64,000 nucleotides of DNA. It comes from Camelus dromedarius (Eukaryota). The notes under the pieces were generated by a model that saw nothing but the letters and a program-made list of their open reading frames with translations, did no database searches and was not told the origin of the DNA. Both the position numbers and the translations under genes were made by a program. The stretch covers positions 41,480,001 through 41,544,000 of the forward strand of contig NC_087436.1 of assembly GCF_036321535.1 (NCBI RefSeq). Direction: 5' to 3'. Shown here piece by piece: positions 14,500 to 27,601 of this stretch (its first letter is position 1; each line of letters starts with the position of its first letter).

Positions 14500-15050
14500 G
14501 TATGAGATAATAAGAAGGCAGTTTAAGTGTATATTACAATTACAAATGCTCCCGCACACACTGTGATCCAGAACTCCACATCTGAGAATATCCTACATAA
14601 TTATGTGACCTCATGTGAAACAAAGTATTTACAATATTTTTACTAAATTACCATTTATAATTCCAAATAATTGGAAATGAATAAAATGTCCATCAGTAGG
14701 GTACTGGATAAATTTCAGTCCATGTATCCAATGGAATACTATATAGCATTAAAGAATAATAAGGTTTTATTAAGATAGGGATATTTCTAAAATATATTTT
14801 TAATTAAAAGCAAGCAAGATGTAAATGCTGTGTATATACAAACTTTTGTATAAACAAAAGAGAGCAGTTGATAATCTGTAATAACATTTTCTTGTATATC
14901 CATAAGGAAACTCAACGAAGAGTTTGGGAGGGGTGGAAACAGTAGATGAAGGGTTGTGATTCAGAAAATCTTTTCATTGTTGATATCCTTTTTGATATTT
15001 ATAATAAATAAATGAAATCTAATTCAAAAAAATCAAATAAAAATGTTAAA
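14500..15050 (+). mobile_element. Ancient L1 (L1ME-like) 3' end
   Basis: aaatgtccatcagtagg…caatggaatactatatagcattaaagaat. Confidence 0.6.
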
Positions 15051-17144
15051 TAATTAGATGTAATCTGGCCAAAATACAGTATTTCAATGAATTAGACATA
15101 ATTTTACGGTCATATTTCTATAAACACTGATAGAATTGCACTATCTACTTACATAGTTGTATATTGAGATTAAAGTCAGTTAAATAGTCCCTGCTTTTTC
15201 ACAAGTACTTTCTATTAAGGAATATATTTCCTATTAAGTTCTTTTTCTCTTGGTGTTTTGTGTATATATACATATGGCTTTAAATTATTGGTATTTCATT
15301 TTATCCCATATGTTTAATACTTACTTTTCAAAGCCCTTTGAATATTTTCTCTAAAATACTGCTATTTCTTTCACATTCCGTTTCTTCATCAACATAGCAG
15401 CAAAGTACTTTTTCAAGCTACTGACAAAAATGAAAGTCAAAATCCCTGCCCTTTAGATCTATGGGATTGCAAGTCAGTGTGTCCAAAATAAACATCCCAA
15501 GCAAATGGGCAAGTTCTCCAAAAAAAAAGTCTCTGTGTGGTGCTGTTGTGAGAGTGGTAAAGGTGTCCTTCTAGGATGAGGGTTAAATAATCCCTCAGGG
15601 AGGAGTTAATGCCTGACTTCTTCCACAGGATGAATAGGAATTTGCTAAATGAAAACCGGGAATCATTAACCAAGAACCAGCCCATGACAATGTACAAAAC
15701 ATGTTGTTTCCATTCAGCCAACGCTTGTTTAGTGACTAGTAAGAAACACTTTCTCCAAGGTGGATCAGTCAGCAACTGTTTCACCTAATAGTTGTGTCAG
15801 AGATGCAGGGTGTTTCTCTCTTGATTTGCTGCATCAAATATCCTTAATTCCAAAGGATGCTAGTGTTTCACTTCTCTTCTGATTCTACCAAAATAACGAG
15901 TTACTGTTATGACTATTATTATTGTTCCTATTGATGATCACTTCTTATTTCTTTTTAAGATTCAAGATTCTAATTACATTGATTTTAAATGCAAAATTTA
16001 TCCTTTAACCATGTACTTGATAAAGTTTCCTGGGATAGATTGTTTTGTAAACTATGTTTTTTTCATTTGTGGAGTCACAATTTCATTTACTTCATATTAA
16101 CTTGTGGTATTTCTGGTTTAATAACTGCTTTCCTGTCTCTCAAAAGGTTATCAGGCTGAACTGCAAGCACTTTTAGTATCTTAAGATATAATTCACAGAG
16201 ATCAAGAGATTTAAAATCATTTAGAGCAGCCATCTGCTTTTCAAAAATCTCATTTCTTTTGAGCCTCATTTTTCTATTTCAAATATTTGTTCTATGTCTA
16301 TAGGACATTTCCAAATAAATGTATTATCAACACCTCAAACTCAGCATAACCAAAAATAAACTTGTCATTATCATGTTCCTCCCCAAAGCACAGCTATAGA
16401 AACTCCACATTTCATACTTTTAAATGAAATTTTTTTGTAATACGAAAGAATTATGAAGTATTTTCCGTATTCTCTCTATATATTTGCAAACAAAATCACA
16501 AATATTTTAACTATATTATAAAGCTAAACAGGAACTTAATTTGATTGTTAATATTTCATAGAAATCATTGAAAAATTATTTTTCTTAAAAAGCTTGAAGA
16601 CAAATGTTAAGTACTTCCAACATTTCAAAATAACAGGAAACTCATCCTTTAATGTATACTAAAGGAATATTCAGGAAATGTAATAAAAGGCAGGAAAGAA
16701 TAGTTTAATAATGGTTGCAAGAATTATTCCTTCCAGGCATATCTGAATAATATCACACTATGATGGCTTTTCTCAGAAAGAATCCGAAGGAAAATAATTT
16801 TAATTTCCCTGCCTGATTTGTTGAAACAGCACTACATGGAAGGAGGCAGAGGCTCCTAATGTACAGTATGAATATATATTCTTCCACATTAATTACAGCA
16901 TCCCAGTTTTTAGCTTAATAAAATGACAGTAATGCAGACTAAGTACAAGATTGCACTTCCCAGTCTACCTTGTACTAAATGAGTCAAGTAGCCAAACTCT
17001 GAATAATAACTGGCAACTCAGAACAATGATTTCCAGAATATATCCTTAAAAAATGGGAAGCTGCCACTTCCAATTTTCTGTTGTTTTTTTTTTTAATTCT
17101 GCTTCTGAGGGTTGGAACACCCCATAGATTGAAGTACTCATTTC

Positions 17145-18012
17145 TAAAATTTCACCATTACCCAAATTGAACTACAGATTCAGTCCCTATAAAATCATCT
17201 TCCCTTCTTCATTCTTGTCTTCCTTCTTGTCTTCCTTTTTTCCTGTTTTTTTTTTCTTTAATTTTAGCAGATATCAACAGCTTACTCTTAAAAATGTTTG
17301 GTAACACAGCAGACCCGAACTATTCAAAAAATTTGGAGAAAGAAAAAAAAAAAACAAGCAGAAGGGCTCACACTTCTTGATTTGGCAAGGAAATAGAGAA
17401 TTTGGAACCTTTACACATTGCTGCTGATACTGTAAAATGGTGCGGCCACTTCAGAAAAGTTCACTAGATCCTTAAAATGATAAACATAGAGTTACCATAG
17501 AACTCAGCAATTCTACTCCTAGCTATATACCTATGAGAAATAAATAAGATATCCACCCAACACTTGTAAACAAATGCAGCTTTGTTTATAATAATCCCAA
17601 AGTAGAAACAGCCAAAATGCCTCTCAATTGAATAATGGATAAAGAAATGGGATATATCCATACAATGAAAAATCTTTGGCATTAAAAAAGTAATGAAGAA
17701 GTGATACATGCTACAACATGGATAAATATTGAAAAGTTCTAAGTGAAAATAACCAGATACAAAACACTATGCCTTCCGTTATTCTATTTATATGAAATGT
17801 TCAGGATAGTCAAATCCGCTGATATAAAAAGTAGATTAGTCAGGAGGAGAATGAAGAGTGAGTGCTAATAGGGATAGGGTTTAGTTTTGGAGTGAGGAAG
17901 ATGTTCTAAAATTAGATTATGGTGATGTAAATACACTAAAACTATTAAATTTTTCACTTGAGTAAGTTTTACAATATGTAAGTTGTATCTCAATAAAGCT
18001 GTTTAAAAATAA
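17145..18012 (+). mobile_element. L1MB/MC-like ORF2 fragments and 3' UTR
   Basis: ttggaacctttacacattgctg…gagttaccatagaactcagcaattctactcctag…ctcaataaagctgtttaaaaa. Confidence 0.85.
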
Positions 18013-18229
18013 AATTACTCAGGCTGTATGTATGGGGCCGTCTGTTGCTTACAGTCCGAGATAAGATATCAAATTCTTACTTAATAATTGATAATTTAAG
18101 AGAAAGCTATAAGTATTTTTGTCTCATTTTATCCAATGTTCCATATATTTTCATCTCTGTCCTCCAAGTCTTTACCAGCAACCTCGAGTCTTTTACTAAT
18201 GTTCCCCAACCATCTAGTTTCAAAGCAAA

Positions 18230-18843
18230 TGCCCAATTTTATATCTCTCATATTAGATTCCCTACTTCCAGGTATCACATTTCTGTTTTATTTAGGAGGC
18301 TGTTGACACATAACAGATCACCTCAAAATTTGGTGACTTAAAACAGTTATGTTATTTTTTTCTCATGGTTCCTGTGGATCATGGATTCAGGAAATGTTCA
18401 CCTGGATGGCTATGTCCTGAGGTGTTTATATAGGTGCAGTCAAACAGTGTTTAAGACAGAGATGTTGGTGGGGTCTGGGTGCTGGATAAGCTAGTGTTAG
18501 TCCAGCCTCTTTCTTTCTGCATAGAATGCTAGTTTGGTTTTCCTAACAGCATGATGATATCATGGCAAGTGGAATGTTTACATTACACCTGAAGGCTTCA
18601 AAATATGAGCATTTCAGTATTCCAGCTAAAAAGACTGAAGCTGCATTGTCTTTCATGACCTATCCTAGGAAGCTGTATAGCATAATTTGACACATTCTGA
18701 CAGTTACAAGTGATTTTATAAACCATTCAGATTCAAGGGGAGGAGGATTATACAATACTTTGTGATGAGAAGTGGCAAGAATCTAGAAAGGCATGTTAGA
18801 TGAGAACCGAGATTGTGGTCATCTTGAGAAAATGTAGTATGTC
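18230..18843 (-). mobile_element. MLT1 (MaLR) LTR (~18283-18843) with the start of its internal sequence on the left
   Basis: cataacagatcacctcaaaatttggtgacttaaaacag is the reverse complement of an MLT1 3' end; ctacttccaggtatcacatttctg resembles the MaLR LTR/internal junction. Confidence 0.7.
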
Positions 18844-19044
18844 AAAGTATTATATTAAACATTAAATAAATTTATATTCAAAGATATACTGAGGAAAAGT
18901 AAAAAGAAATAAAATGGATGCAAAGCAATTTTGGTAAGAATAATATACTGTGAGTAATTCAAAGCAAATGAATGATTGAATATGACAAAGATCATTAATT
19001 TGAAATGGAGCATCAATTTATATATGCTATAAAAGTCAGAGAGG

Positions 19045-19926
19045 TGTGGAATCATGCTGTATTTGTCCTTCTGTGACTGACTTATTTCACTTAGCATAAT
19101 GTCTTCCAAGTCCATCCATGTTGTCACCAGGCTTCCTTCTTTTTTAAGACTGAATAAATAGCCCATGGTATATACTAGCTGTAGATTAGAGATAGATGTA
19201 GAGTGCTGGCTTCGGCAGCACATATACTGGAGATAGAGGTAGAGATAGAGATAGATGTGTGGTACATATCACATTTTCTTTATCCATTTGTATGTTGATG
19301 CACATTTGGGTTGTTTCCTTATCTTGACTACTGTGAATAGTGCTGCAGAAAGCATAGGAGTGCAGATATCAATTTGAGATCCTGATTTCAGTTCTTTTGG
19401 ATAAATACCCAGAAGTGGAATTGTTGTATCACATGGTAGTTCTGTTTTTAATTTCTTGAGGAACCTCTGTATTGCTTTCCACAGTGTCTAGACCATTACA
19501 TTCCCACTAATAGTGGGCAAGAGTTCCAATTTCTGTATTCCCTTGTCAGCACTTGTTATCTTTTGTCTTTTTGATAGCAGCCGTCCTACCAGGTTTGAGA
19601 TGATAAATAGTCAGACTTGCAGAAGCATAAAACAGAATGGTCATTACCCAGAGACAGAGGAAGAGAGAAATGGGGAGTTTTTGTACGATGGATATAAAGT
19701 TACAATTTGCTTAAAACTTTATTGAAAGGGTAGATCTCATAGTAAGTGTTCTTACCATGAAAACAAAAGCAAAGGGACACATGGAAACTTTGGGATATAT
19801 GTTTATATTTCCTTGATTGTGGTGATTGCCTTATGAGTATATGCATATGTCCAAACTCATCTAACTGAATACATTAAATATATGCAAATTTTTGGTATCA
19901 ATTAACCTCAGAAAAGATGTAAAAAA
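19045..19926. mobile_element. L1MA-like 3' portion with a 5' inversion (19045-~19604 minus, ~19605-19926 plus)
   Basis: Minus-strand ORF2 C-terminus (…TTWMDLEDIMLSEISQSQKDKYSMIP) is joined to a plus-strand 3' UTR beginning aatagtcagactt and ending in an A-rich tail. Confidence 0.8.
19203..19228 (+). pseudogene. RNU6: 3'-truncated U6 snRNA retrocopy (first 26 nt)
   Basis: GTGCTGGCTTCGGCAGCACATATACT vs U6 5' end GTGCTCGCTTCGGCAGCACATATACT, 25/26; flanked by a 15-bp imperfect direct repeat. Confidence 0.85.
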
Positions 19927-20992
19927 TAACACAAATATGATACTGGTATTTAAATGAATGTATAGCAGGAAATAGAAGATACAGGACTTTGAAGAAACAG
20001 ATAGCAGTATGCAATGTCAGCAGTACTGAGGTGCATTTAATTAGTAATTAATGTGATTTTTATAATATATATTGTACACACATACATATACATAAGTTGT
20101 GGAAGGATAGCTTTTCAGTATATCATATTGGTTTGGCAATCTTACAGCTTGTGAAAAACAATAAAATTGAACCTGACCATGTCCTACCTCAAACAGAAAT
20201 AAGCCAATATGGTTTATTCACAAAATAAAAGCATATAATCATGAAATCACTAAAACCAAAAAGGGTAAATCTTTATAAGTCTCAAAGAGGGAAAGTCCTA
20301 AGTTTGTACCAAAGGCAAAGACAATGAAGTATTTTTTGATATACATGACTACCTGAAAAATATAAACTTTATGTACAACAAAAACTAATTAAGTAAGTAA
20401 GGATAATTTTATTGTATAACATTTTAAAGGAAATAACTCATTTTTAAAATAATTTCAGAATTTAAAATCATTTAAAATCAAAATTTTTAAAAATTCAAAA
20501 CATTTTGAGCAATTCTACCAAATATTGTTTCTATGGAAGCTAGCCTTTTGCTATTTTTTTGCCCTGAATATTTATTCTAACCTTCTAACTTTCAATTTTT
20601 TGGTATTCTTAATTTTCAAGTGTGTTGTTTAAAATACCATATCATTATACTTTTGCCCAGCTTTGTAAAGTGTTCAGTCAAAGCATTTATGTTCCAGGTC
20701 AAAATATTTTTTGCAACTTATAACGATTTACATAATAAATTGGAACATTTAGACCATTTACATTTAATGTGATTATTGATGTAACAAGTTTTATAGCTAT
20801 TATCAGTGGCCCCTCTTGATTAACAAAAAGTTACTTTGCATGGAAGACAGTAAAATATTACTAAGCCCTTACATACTATTTAAAATGAGGTACTAAAGAA
20901 CAAGTAACATGGAACCTATTTACTCTCTAAGAAATATGAATTCAAATTGATGAGAATTTTAATTCCTGTCAATAATAATCAAGTTTTAAAAC

Positions 20993-21109
20993 TATCTATC
21001 TACCTATCAGTCTATCTAGCTCTCTACCTATCTATCAAATTTTAAAGCATATATATGTGCATGTGTGTGTGTGTGGGTGGGTGGGTGGGTGGGTGAGAGA
21101 GAGAGAGAG
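20993..21109. repeat. Compound microsatellite: (TATC)-like, (TG)n, (GGGT)5, (GA)n
   Basis: Seen directly. Confidence 0.9.
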
Positions 21110-21499
21110 CCTATGAATGTCAGTAGAATGCACATAAACCTTCTAATGCTGTTGATTAGGGGTTCATTAGCCATCAAGATTCATAATTGGCCATTTTCAT
21201 TAGTATTAAAATGCCTCCACTTGACATTCTGTCACTCATGATGATGAACAGATAATACATTGCATTGGCAATCAACTAATGAGCAATAAAGTGTTAGGAC
21301 CATTTAAGAAAAAAACTAAGTGTTTAATACTTTTGTAAATAGACATAGAACCACCCAGCCATGTACAAAATCCTGAGTGTTTAAAAAAAAACTTTGTCAA
21401 TTTTAAAAAGTATTTATTACATGTTTCTGTTATTGACAAAAAGTGATCATCTGAAGGAATATCAAAATATAAAGTTTATTAGTTCTTACTGTGCTCCTA

Positions 21500-21710
21500 G
21501 AGTTATTTAAGTGCTTTATATATATTAAATATTTTAAATCACATTATTTCCCTATTAAAGCTATATTATTGTTTCTGTTTTATTGCTGAGGCACAGAAAT
21601 GTTGAGTAACGTGCACAGTGCCACACAGCATGTAAGGAGCAGAACTGTTATTCCAACGAAGATAGTCAGGTTCCATAGACTGTACCCTTAGGCATCATGC
21701 TACACTGGCT
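21500..21710. mobile_element. MIR SINE
   Basis: ctgaggcacagaaatgttgagtaacgtgcacagtgccacacagc…ggagcagaac matches the MIR core. Confidence 0.7.
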
Positions 21711-22159
21711 TTCTCTGTTCTATAAGGTTGTGCTTTGGAGAAGAGGGAAAAGAAGAAAGCCTAATCTTTGGAGGAAAACAAGTATAAATAGGTAAGCAGT
21801 CTCAAAATACAAACATTTTAAAATGCAAACCAATAACCTCTGAAAAGCAAGTTTAACTTATAATTAACATAACAGATAAGAGGAAACAAAACAGGAGTTC
21901 ATAAATTCTGAATTTAAGATTTGATTCACACTATGTAACATTAGAACAAAACTAGGCAGGATAAACAGCATAAAACACATTTTAGTTTCTATGTATTTGC
22001 ACTTGTGTGAATCAGGTGAGAAAGTAAATAAATGTTTGCACATGGTCTAATGGAAAAAAAACATGGCACTAGAAAAAGATTCCGTAAATGCTGAAAATCT
22101 TTTATATCAAGGAATAGAAAAATATTGTACCTTGCAGGGTTTTCTCTTTATGTGTGTCT

Positions 22160-22275
22160 TAAAAAAAGAGAGAGAGAAAGAAGAAACTAATAGAAACAAC
22201 TAAAAGAAAGAAAGAAAAAGAAGAAAGGAAGGGAGGCAGGAAGGAAGAAAAGAAGAAAACAAAGAAGGAAAAAGC
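22160..22275 (+). repeat. Purine-rich low-complexity tract
   Basis: A/G-rich GAAA/GGAA repeats. Confidence 0.8.
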
Positions 22276-22539
22276 AAGTTCCAAGGATTTTTGTTACATT
22301 AGATCTCATCTGTCAGTGCACATTTCGTGCTCTCTCACTATGTACACCATCTTTCAAACAAGTTAGTCTCTGTGTTTTTCACTTGTGTCTGTTCCTTTTT
22401 ACATGACACCACTTTATTCAAAAGCTTCTCTCTTCAACACGAACTCAAACAGTTTATGTACTTAATACCAAGTTTATTCCACTCTTACATGAAACCTTTG
22501 ACTAACTTCAGAGCACGTGTCAGGAGTGCAGTTAATCCT

Positions 22540-23800
22540 TCATTATTCTGTTAAGTATCTATTAAGTGACTTTCATAACCCAGGAAGTGTAATAGGTTTA
22601 GAAATAAAAAGTAAAGTTCCTAAACTCAAGTTCCTAAGGCTCAAGTGTATTCAACACACTCATGATTCAGAGTGAAAAATAATCAAAGAAATCAATTAAG
22701 CAGTACAAAGGGATTTTATAGATGACTTGAATGCAAAAAGAAGCATGTCAGAGATTTCTATCAAGATGGGCTCAGAGAAAGCTTTATAAAGTGTTTGAAT
22801 TGAGAAAGACAGAATGAACAAATACACAGAATTGAGAAATTGCACTATATAGTTTGTATATAGCATGTAAGGATTGCATGTAAGATTGTATATAGGTAGA
22901 AAATTGATTTAAAGAGAGACAATGAGACAAAGCTTTTAAAAGATAAGCTGTTTGAATTTTATACTGAAAGCTGTGGGAGCGCACTCAAGGCTTTCAAGCA
23001 GGGAAATGTCCTGATCAAATTTGCTTTTTAGAAAGGTCATTCTAGAATTAGTGTGGAAAACAGATTACACAGGAGACACCTGAGAGATAGGAAAAGTAGT
23101 TATGAGGCTTTTCCTCATGAATCCACAGGAGAAGTGGTGAGAATCTGAACTATAGCTCTGGGAGTAGGAAGGAAGAAAATGGATTTGTGAGATAATCAGT
23201 GACAGAACCTGCAGCATGTATTGACGTGCTAGAATGTATAAAGTGACAAGCTGGCTCAAAGATTTTAACTTAAGAATATGAAGAAATGGCAATTTAGTTA
23301 TTGAGACAGAGAATACAGGAAAAAAAATTTCTGAGGAAGTGGCAGAGTCTGATTTAGAGCATAAAATCTGAGACATTGATGGAACATGCAGACTTCTTGA
23401 GGGCAGGCACTTGTCTCTTTGTCTCTAGAGCCAACAGTTGTGCCTACCTCCATGAAAATTAATTGGATGGATGAGTGTTGAATGAAATAATTTTAAATGA
23501 ATATGAAATAGAATTGTGTTACAGCTTGGTAAAGACATCAGGATCATCAGATGAGGGTGGGGAAATAGATATTGTTGATCAGGAATTCATTACCTGGTGG
23601 TACAGCTATCAGGCCAAGGACAGAACTTTCAGAATATTATTACGTAGCAAAATTTAAATAAAAGGGAAGTCCCGGGAAATAAGAGAAAAATCCAGCATAC
23701 AGTGGTATCCCAGGAGCTGAAGGACAAAAGATTCAAGGACAGAAATTCTAAGAGTAACAAAAGTTTCAGAATAGTCATTTAATATTATCACAAAAAGACC
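22540..23800 (-). mobile_element. Degenerate L2 fragments
   Basis: ggcttttcaagcagggaaatgtcctgatcaaatttgctttttagaaaggtcattct is typical reverse-strand L2 text. Confidence 0.6.
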
Positions 23801-24017
23801 AAAAATAGTGGCCTTTCTGTTTGCTAAAATGGATGAAATTCAGGAGTTCAGGAAGAGCAGGTTCAGGGATTTTATGATTTTTTTTTTCAGTGTGTATTAT
23901 ATAACACAACATAATATTCTATAATACATGCTACTTAAGAGATATATAGTTGGTCTTAAAATAATACTCTGAGATCCAGCAGGGCAGAGGCAGTAGTCAA
24001 ATCTGATGTGTTGTGAG

Positions 24018-24080
24018 AGTGTGTGTGTTTGTGTGTGTATGTGTGTGAGAGAGAGAGGAGGGGAGAGAGAGAGAGAAAGA
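24018..24080. repeat. (TG)n(GA)n microsatellite
   Basis: Seen directly. Confidence 0.9.
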
Positions 24081-24087
24081 AATGTTA

Positions 24088-24290
24088 ACAGAAAGGGCTT
24101 TGGAATTAGAAAAACCTCAATTTAGTTTCCATTCCAGCTGTGTAAACTTGGATAGCTCTGAGCAACTTTCCTACTTAATAAAATTGGAAAAATAACAAAT
24201 GCTCCCAAAGAGTTTTTAATCATTAAATGAAAAAAATATAAAGAACTCAGAGCAGTGTCTGAAATTTAGTAGATGCAGAATAAAGGGCAG
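24088..24290. mobile_element. MIR fragment
   Basis: gggctttggaattagaaaaacct…ccagctgtgtaaacttgg…taaaattgga…attaaatga. Confidence 0.55.
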
Positions 24291-26839
24291 CTGTTTTCAC
24301 CTTCAGTGTTTCGAATCTTCTTAGTTAAATGCATGCAGTGAGAATTAAATCTGAATACAAATCTATTCCTTCACAGATTCTGATTACCTTATTTAATATT
24401 CTAAAAAGGAAGAGAAGGAGGAAAATTAAAAAACACTAACTAGTTTGTACTATAAATTATTTAAAATATAGTACTGCTTGGCATTGCTAACTAGAGCCTT
24501 ACCCAAAATTTGAGTAAAGGAGTCATTACCAGAGAGAACATAAGCCTTCTGATAGACACTTTTGAACATATTCAGATACATAATTCAGCTGTGAATGGAT
24601 AGATGAAAGTTCCTTCTCCCCTGGTCTTTCATTAATTCTTCTTCCTTCTCACCTGATTCTTTGCTCAATCTACCAGTGTTAATTCCTCCACCTTCTTACT
24701 TCCTGTGGTCAGATTCCAAAAGATTGCTCTCTCTCCCTTTTTCTACAGAGAGGGCAGTAGTAGATTACGGTGTTTCTCCATGTGCCTCAGATTGTGTTGT
24801 CTCCTTTCTTCAGAATTAATCCCCTGTACGACAAATGCATATTATTTTGTTCACATGTAACTTTCAAAAATTATTATTGTGGAAGACCCTACCACAACAG
24901 GGTTAGATGAAAACCAGCACTATGGACATAGATTGTCATTGTGTCACACCAAGAAGTGGGAAAAATAATCTTGTAATCTTTGGGTCACAGAAATGTTTAC
25001 TTTTAGAATATTTTAGTCCTAATACACAAAACCAAATAAATAGTAATATGCAGTTAATGCATGTGTAATTATGTACAACAAACTATAGTGGAACTCTTAT
25101 ATAATCTATTTTTCTTCTCTAAAGATGTGTTTTTTTTTTCATTTTCTTCTATCGGATTGTCTTTTACTGATCCTCATCTGACTATTACTTAGGTTAACCC
25201 TGGTACTGGGACATGATATTCTTAAATCAGAACCCTTATTTCTATTTCACATAATTCTCATAATCTGTTACGAGATAGATCAAAGCTCATTTTAAATTGA
25301 GTCCTTTTCAATTGCCTTCCTAAAACATTTTGTTCCCTCTAGTATGTTCTGCAAAAGCCCTGCAGCCTGCTGCCTTATAACATGGGAATGGCTCTCTCCA
25401 CAGACGGCTCAGCAGCTCCCTTTTCTGACCTAAATACTGTGCCTTCATGACCTACATTCTTCTCTTTGGTTTCTGTTTCCTTTTCCTTTTTTCTCTTTCT
25501 TCATTTTTTTTTTTTTTTTGAGCATGCTGAGGCAGTGGGGAACATTTTATCCTGCTTCCCATGTTTATCTTCCTGATTATGAGACAAGCCAAAAATGGAC
25601 TTGGCATTGGGGCAGAAATACGGAACAAGATATCTACTGCATAGCACTTTAAAATGCCTCAGCTTTCCTGTGATGAATGAGCACCTACTAGCCATCTTTA
25701 ACAAAGTATCAATATGTAGAGAATAACTGATAAATTATTTTGAACACAGGCCAGCTCAGAATAATTTGAAATAGATAAAGTGTAACGAAAAAACCTAAAA
25801 TTTAAAAATTACTGGATATATTTCATATGTTTTATGGTTAAAGATGTGTGATTTTCCCCACTGGTTTAAAAAGATGCTCTGAAAGTGACTTCTAACCTAA
25901 GTTACCATATAATGCAAAATGCATCATTTGACCTTGTTAAAATTAATCACCACCAAGAGATGGAAGTAACATGCAGCCACACCACAGTGTAACTCTCAGA
26001 CATAGTCTGACATTTCAGCATGAAATTTTAATACCGAACTCTGATTACTCTTCATTTCTTCCATCTGTCTTCCTGCCTGGTTGATACTGTTTATTCCCTC
26101 TATTTTGTTTATATATGCTCTCCTGAAGATTTGAATTGTATACTTAGGGTTTTTTCACAGTTTATAAGTTATTTAATTGAAATAAAATTCAACTCCATCT
26201 ATAATGAATCTACTAAAAATGGGTGTGTTTAGGTGATGTAAAATCTGACTCTGAACAAAGAAAGCTTATTGCCAGTCACAGCAATCTGGCACCCAAGGAT
26301 CACTGCAAGTTGCACATTTAATTAGAGGGAAAGCTCATTAAAGTATCTGGGAATATTAAGCTGTGTGCAGCCCTTTGAAGAACAGTTGGCTGAGATTGCC
26401 AGCACCTGCCTTGACTGCCTCTATCTTACCCACAAACACAAAGATTCAGAAATAACCTTGTGTGTTACATAATCATAAGAAAATCCTGTGTAAAAATACA
26501 TAGCTCCTACTCAGCCTCATTCAGAACAGCATATTATAAAAATGCAATATATGAAACAATCTATGTTTTTGTTCATCTGAGGCATAACAAAAATTTTTAC
26601 TAATATTAGGAAGTTGTTCATAAATTATCCTCAGTGTTGAAAGTTAAGAAAGAAATCATTGTCAAACTCTGCAATGTTTCATAAGAAAAATATCTATAGG
26701 GTATCAGAAGTACAATTATAATTGAATGATTATTATAACTTTAAAGTAGAATAAAACAACTCAAACATAAAAATAAAATTTTAAGTACTTGCAGTTAGTT
26801 AATGAAGATTTTTTTTTTCCTTTTAAAATGACAAAATGT

Positions 26840-26946
26840 GCAAGTTCTTGTAATAACCTATAGTGGAAAAGAATCTGTACATCTGAACTGTACAGATGAA
26901 ACTAATACAACATTGTAAATCAACTATACTCCAATAAAAAATAAAA
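26840..26946 (+). mobile_element. Short 5'-truncated L1 3' end
   Basis: aacattgtaaatcaactatactccaataaaaa; perfect 16-bp TSD TAAAATGACAAAATGT (26824-26839 / 26947-26962). Confidence 0.9.
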
Positions 26947-27601
26947 TAAAATGACAAAATGTATCATAAAGAAGATCCAAACACCTCTATGAAGAGCATA
27001 ATAAAATTCCACTTTTATTTAAAAATATCCAATTTCTCTAAGGTTAGGCTTTATCAATTAAGTATCCTACTGTTCTGAAATACATTGAGAAAAAGAAAAA
27101 TGTCAAATATTTGCCTAGAAAATTAAAGCATTAATCAAGATGCCAATTTTATAACATTTAAAAAATATATATATTTTCTACTATCATACAAATTTGGATA
27201 CTAAGAATTTGAGACTTTAAGGAGAAGGTTGGCAAAAAACAAAATATGTCCTTGAAATATAGTTTATTTTTAGACAGGAATTAGAAAACAGATGCTTAAT
27301 AATATCACCACTCATTTGAATATATTTCTATGACTAAAATTTGCAGTATAGCAATTACAGACATATCACAAAAACTGTATAAGATGATGTATGTAAAGCA
27401 CTTAGTCTAGTGATGCTCCTATAATCTCTAAACTTATAGTTATAGTGCGTCTTATTGCAATTAAGCAACTTGCTATATCCATATGTCTGCACAAAAGTCC
27501 AAAATTGACTATTATAAATTATTAAGTAACAAATAGAATAAAATAGCTTTTCCTAATAGAAAAAAAACTGAACTAGGAATAAGAAATGCCTGCACTAAAA
27601 T

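Noticed and set aside
15437..15784. 115-aa minus ORF
   Set aside because: Non-ATG start, no recognisable homology, no splice context.
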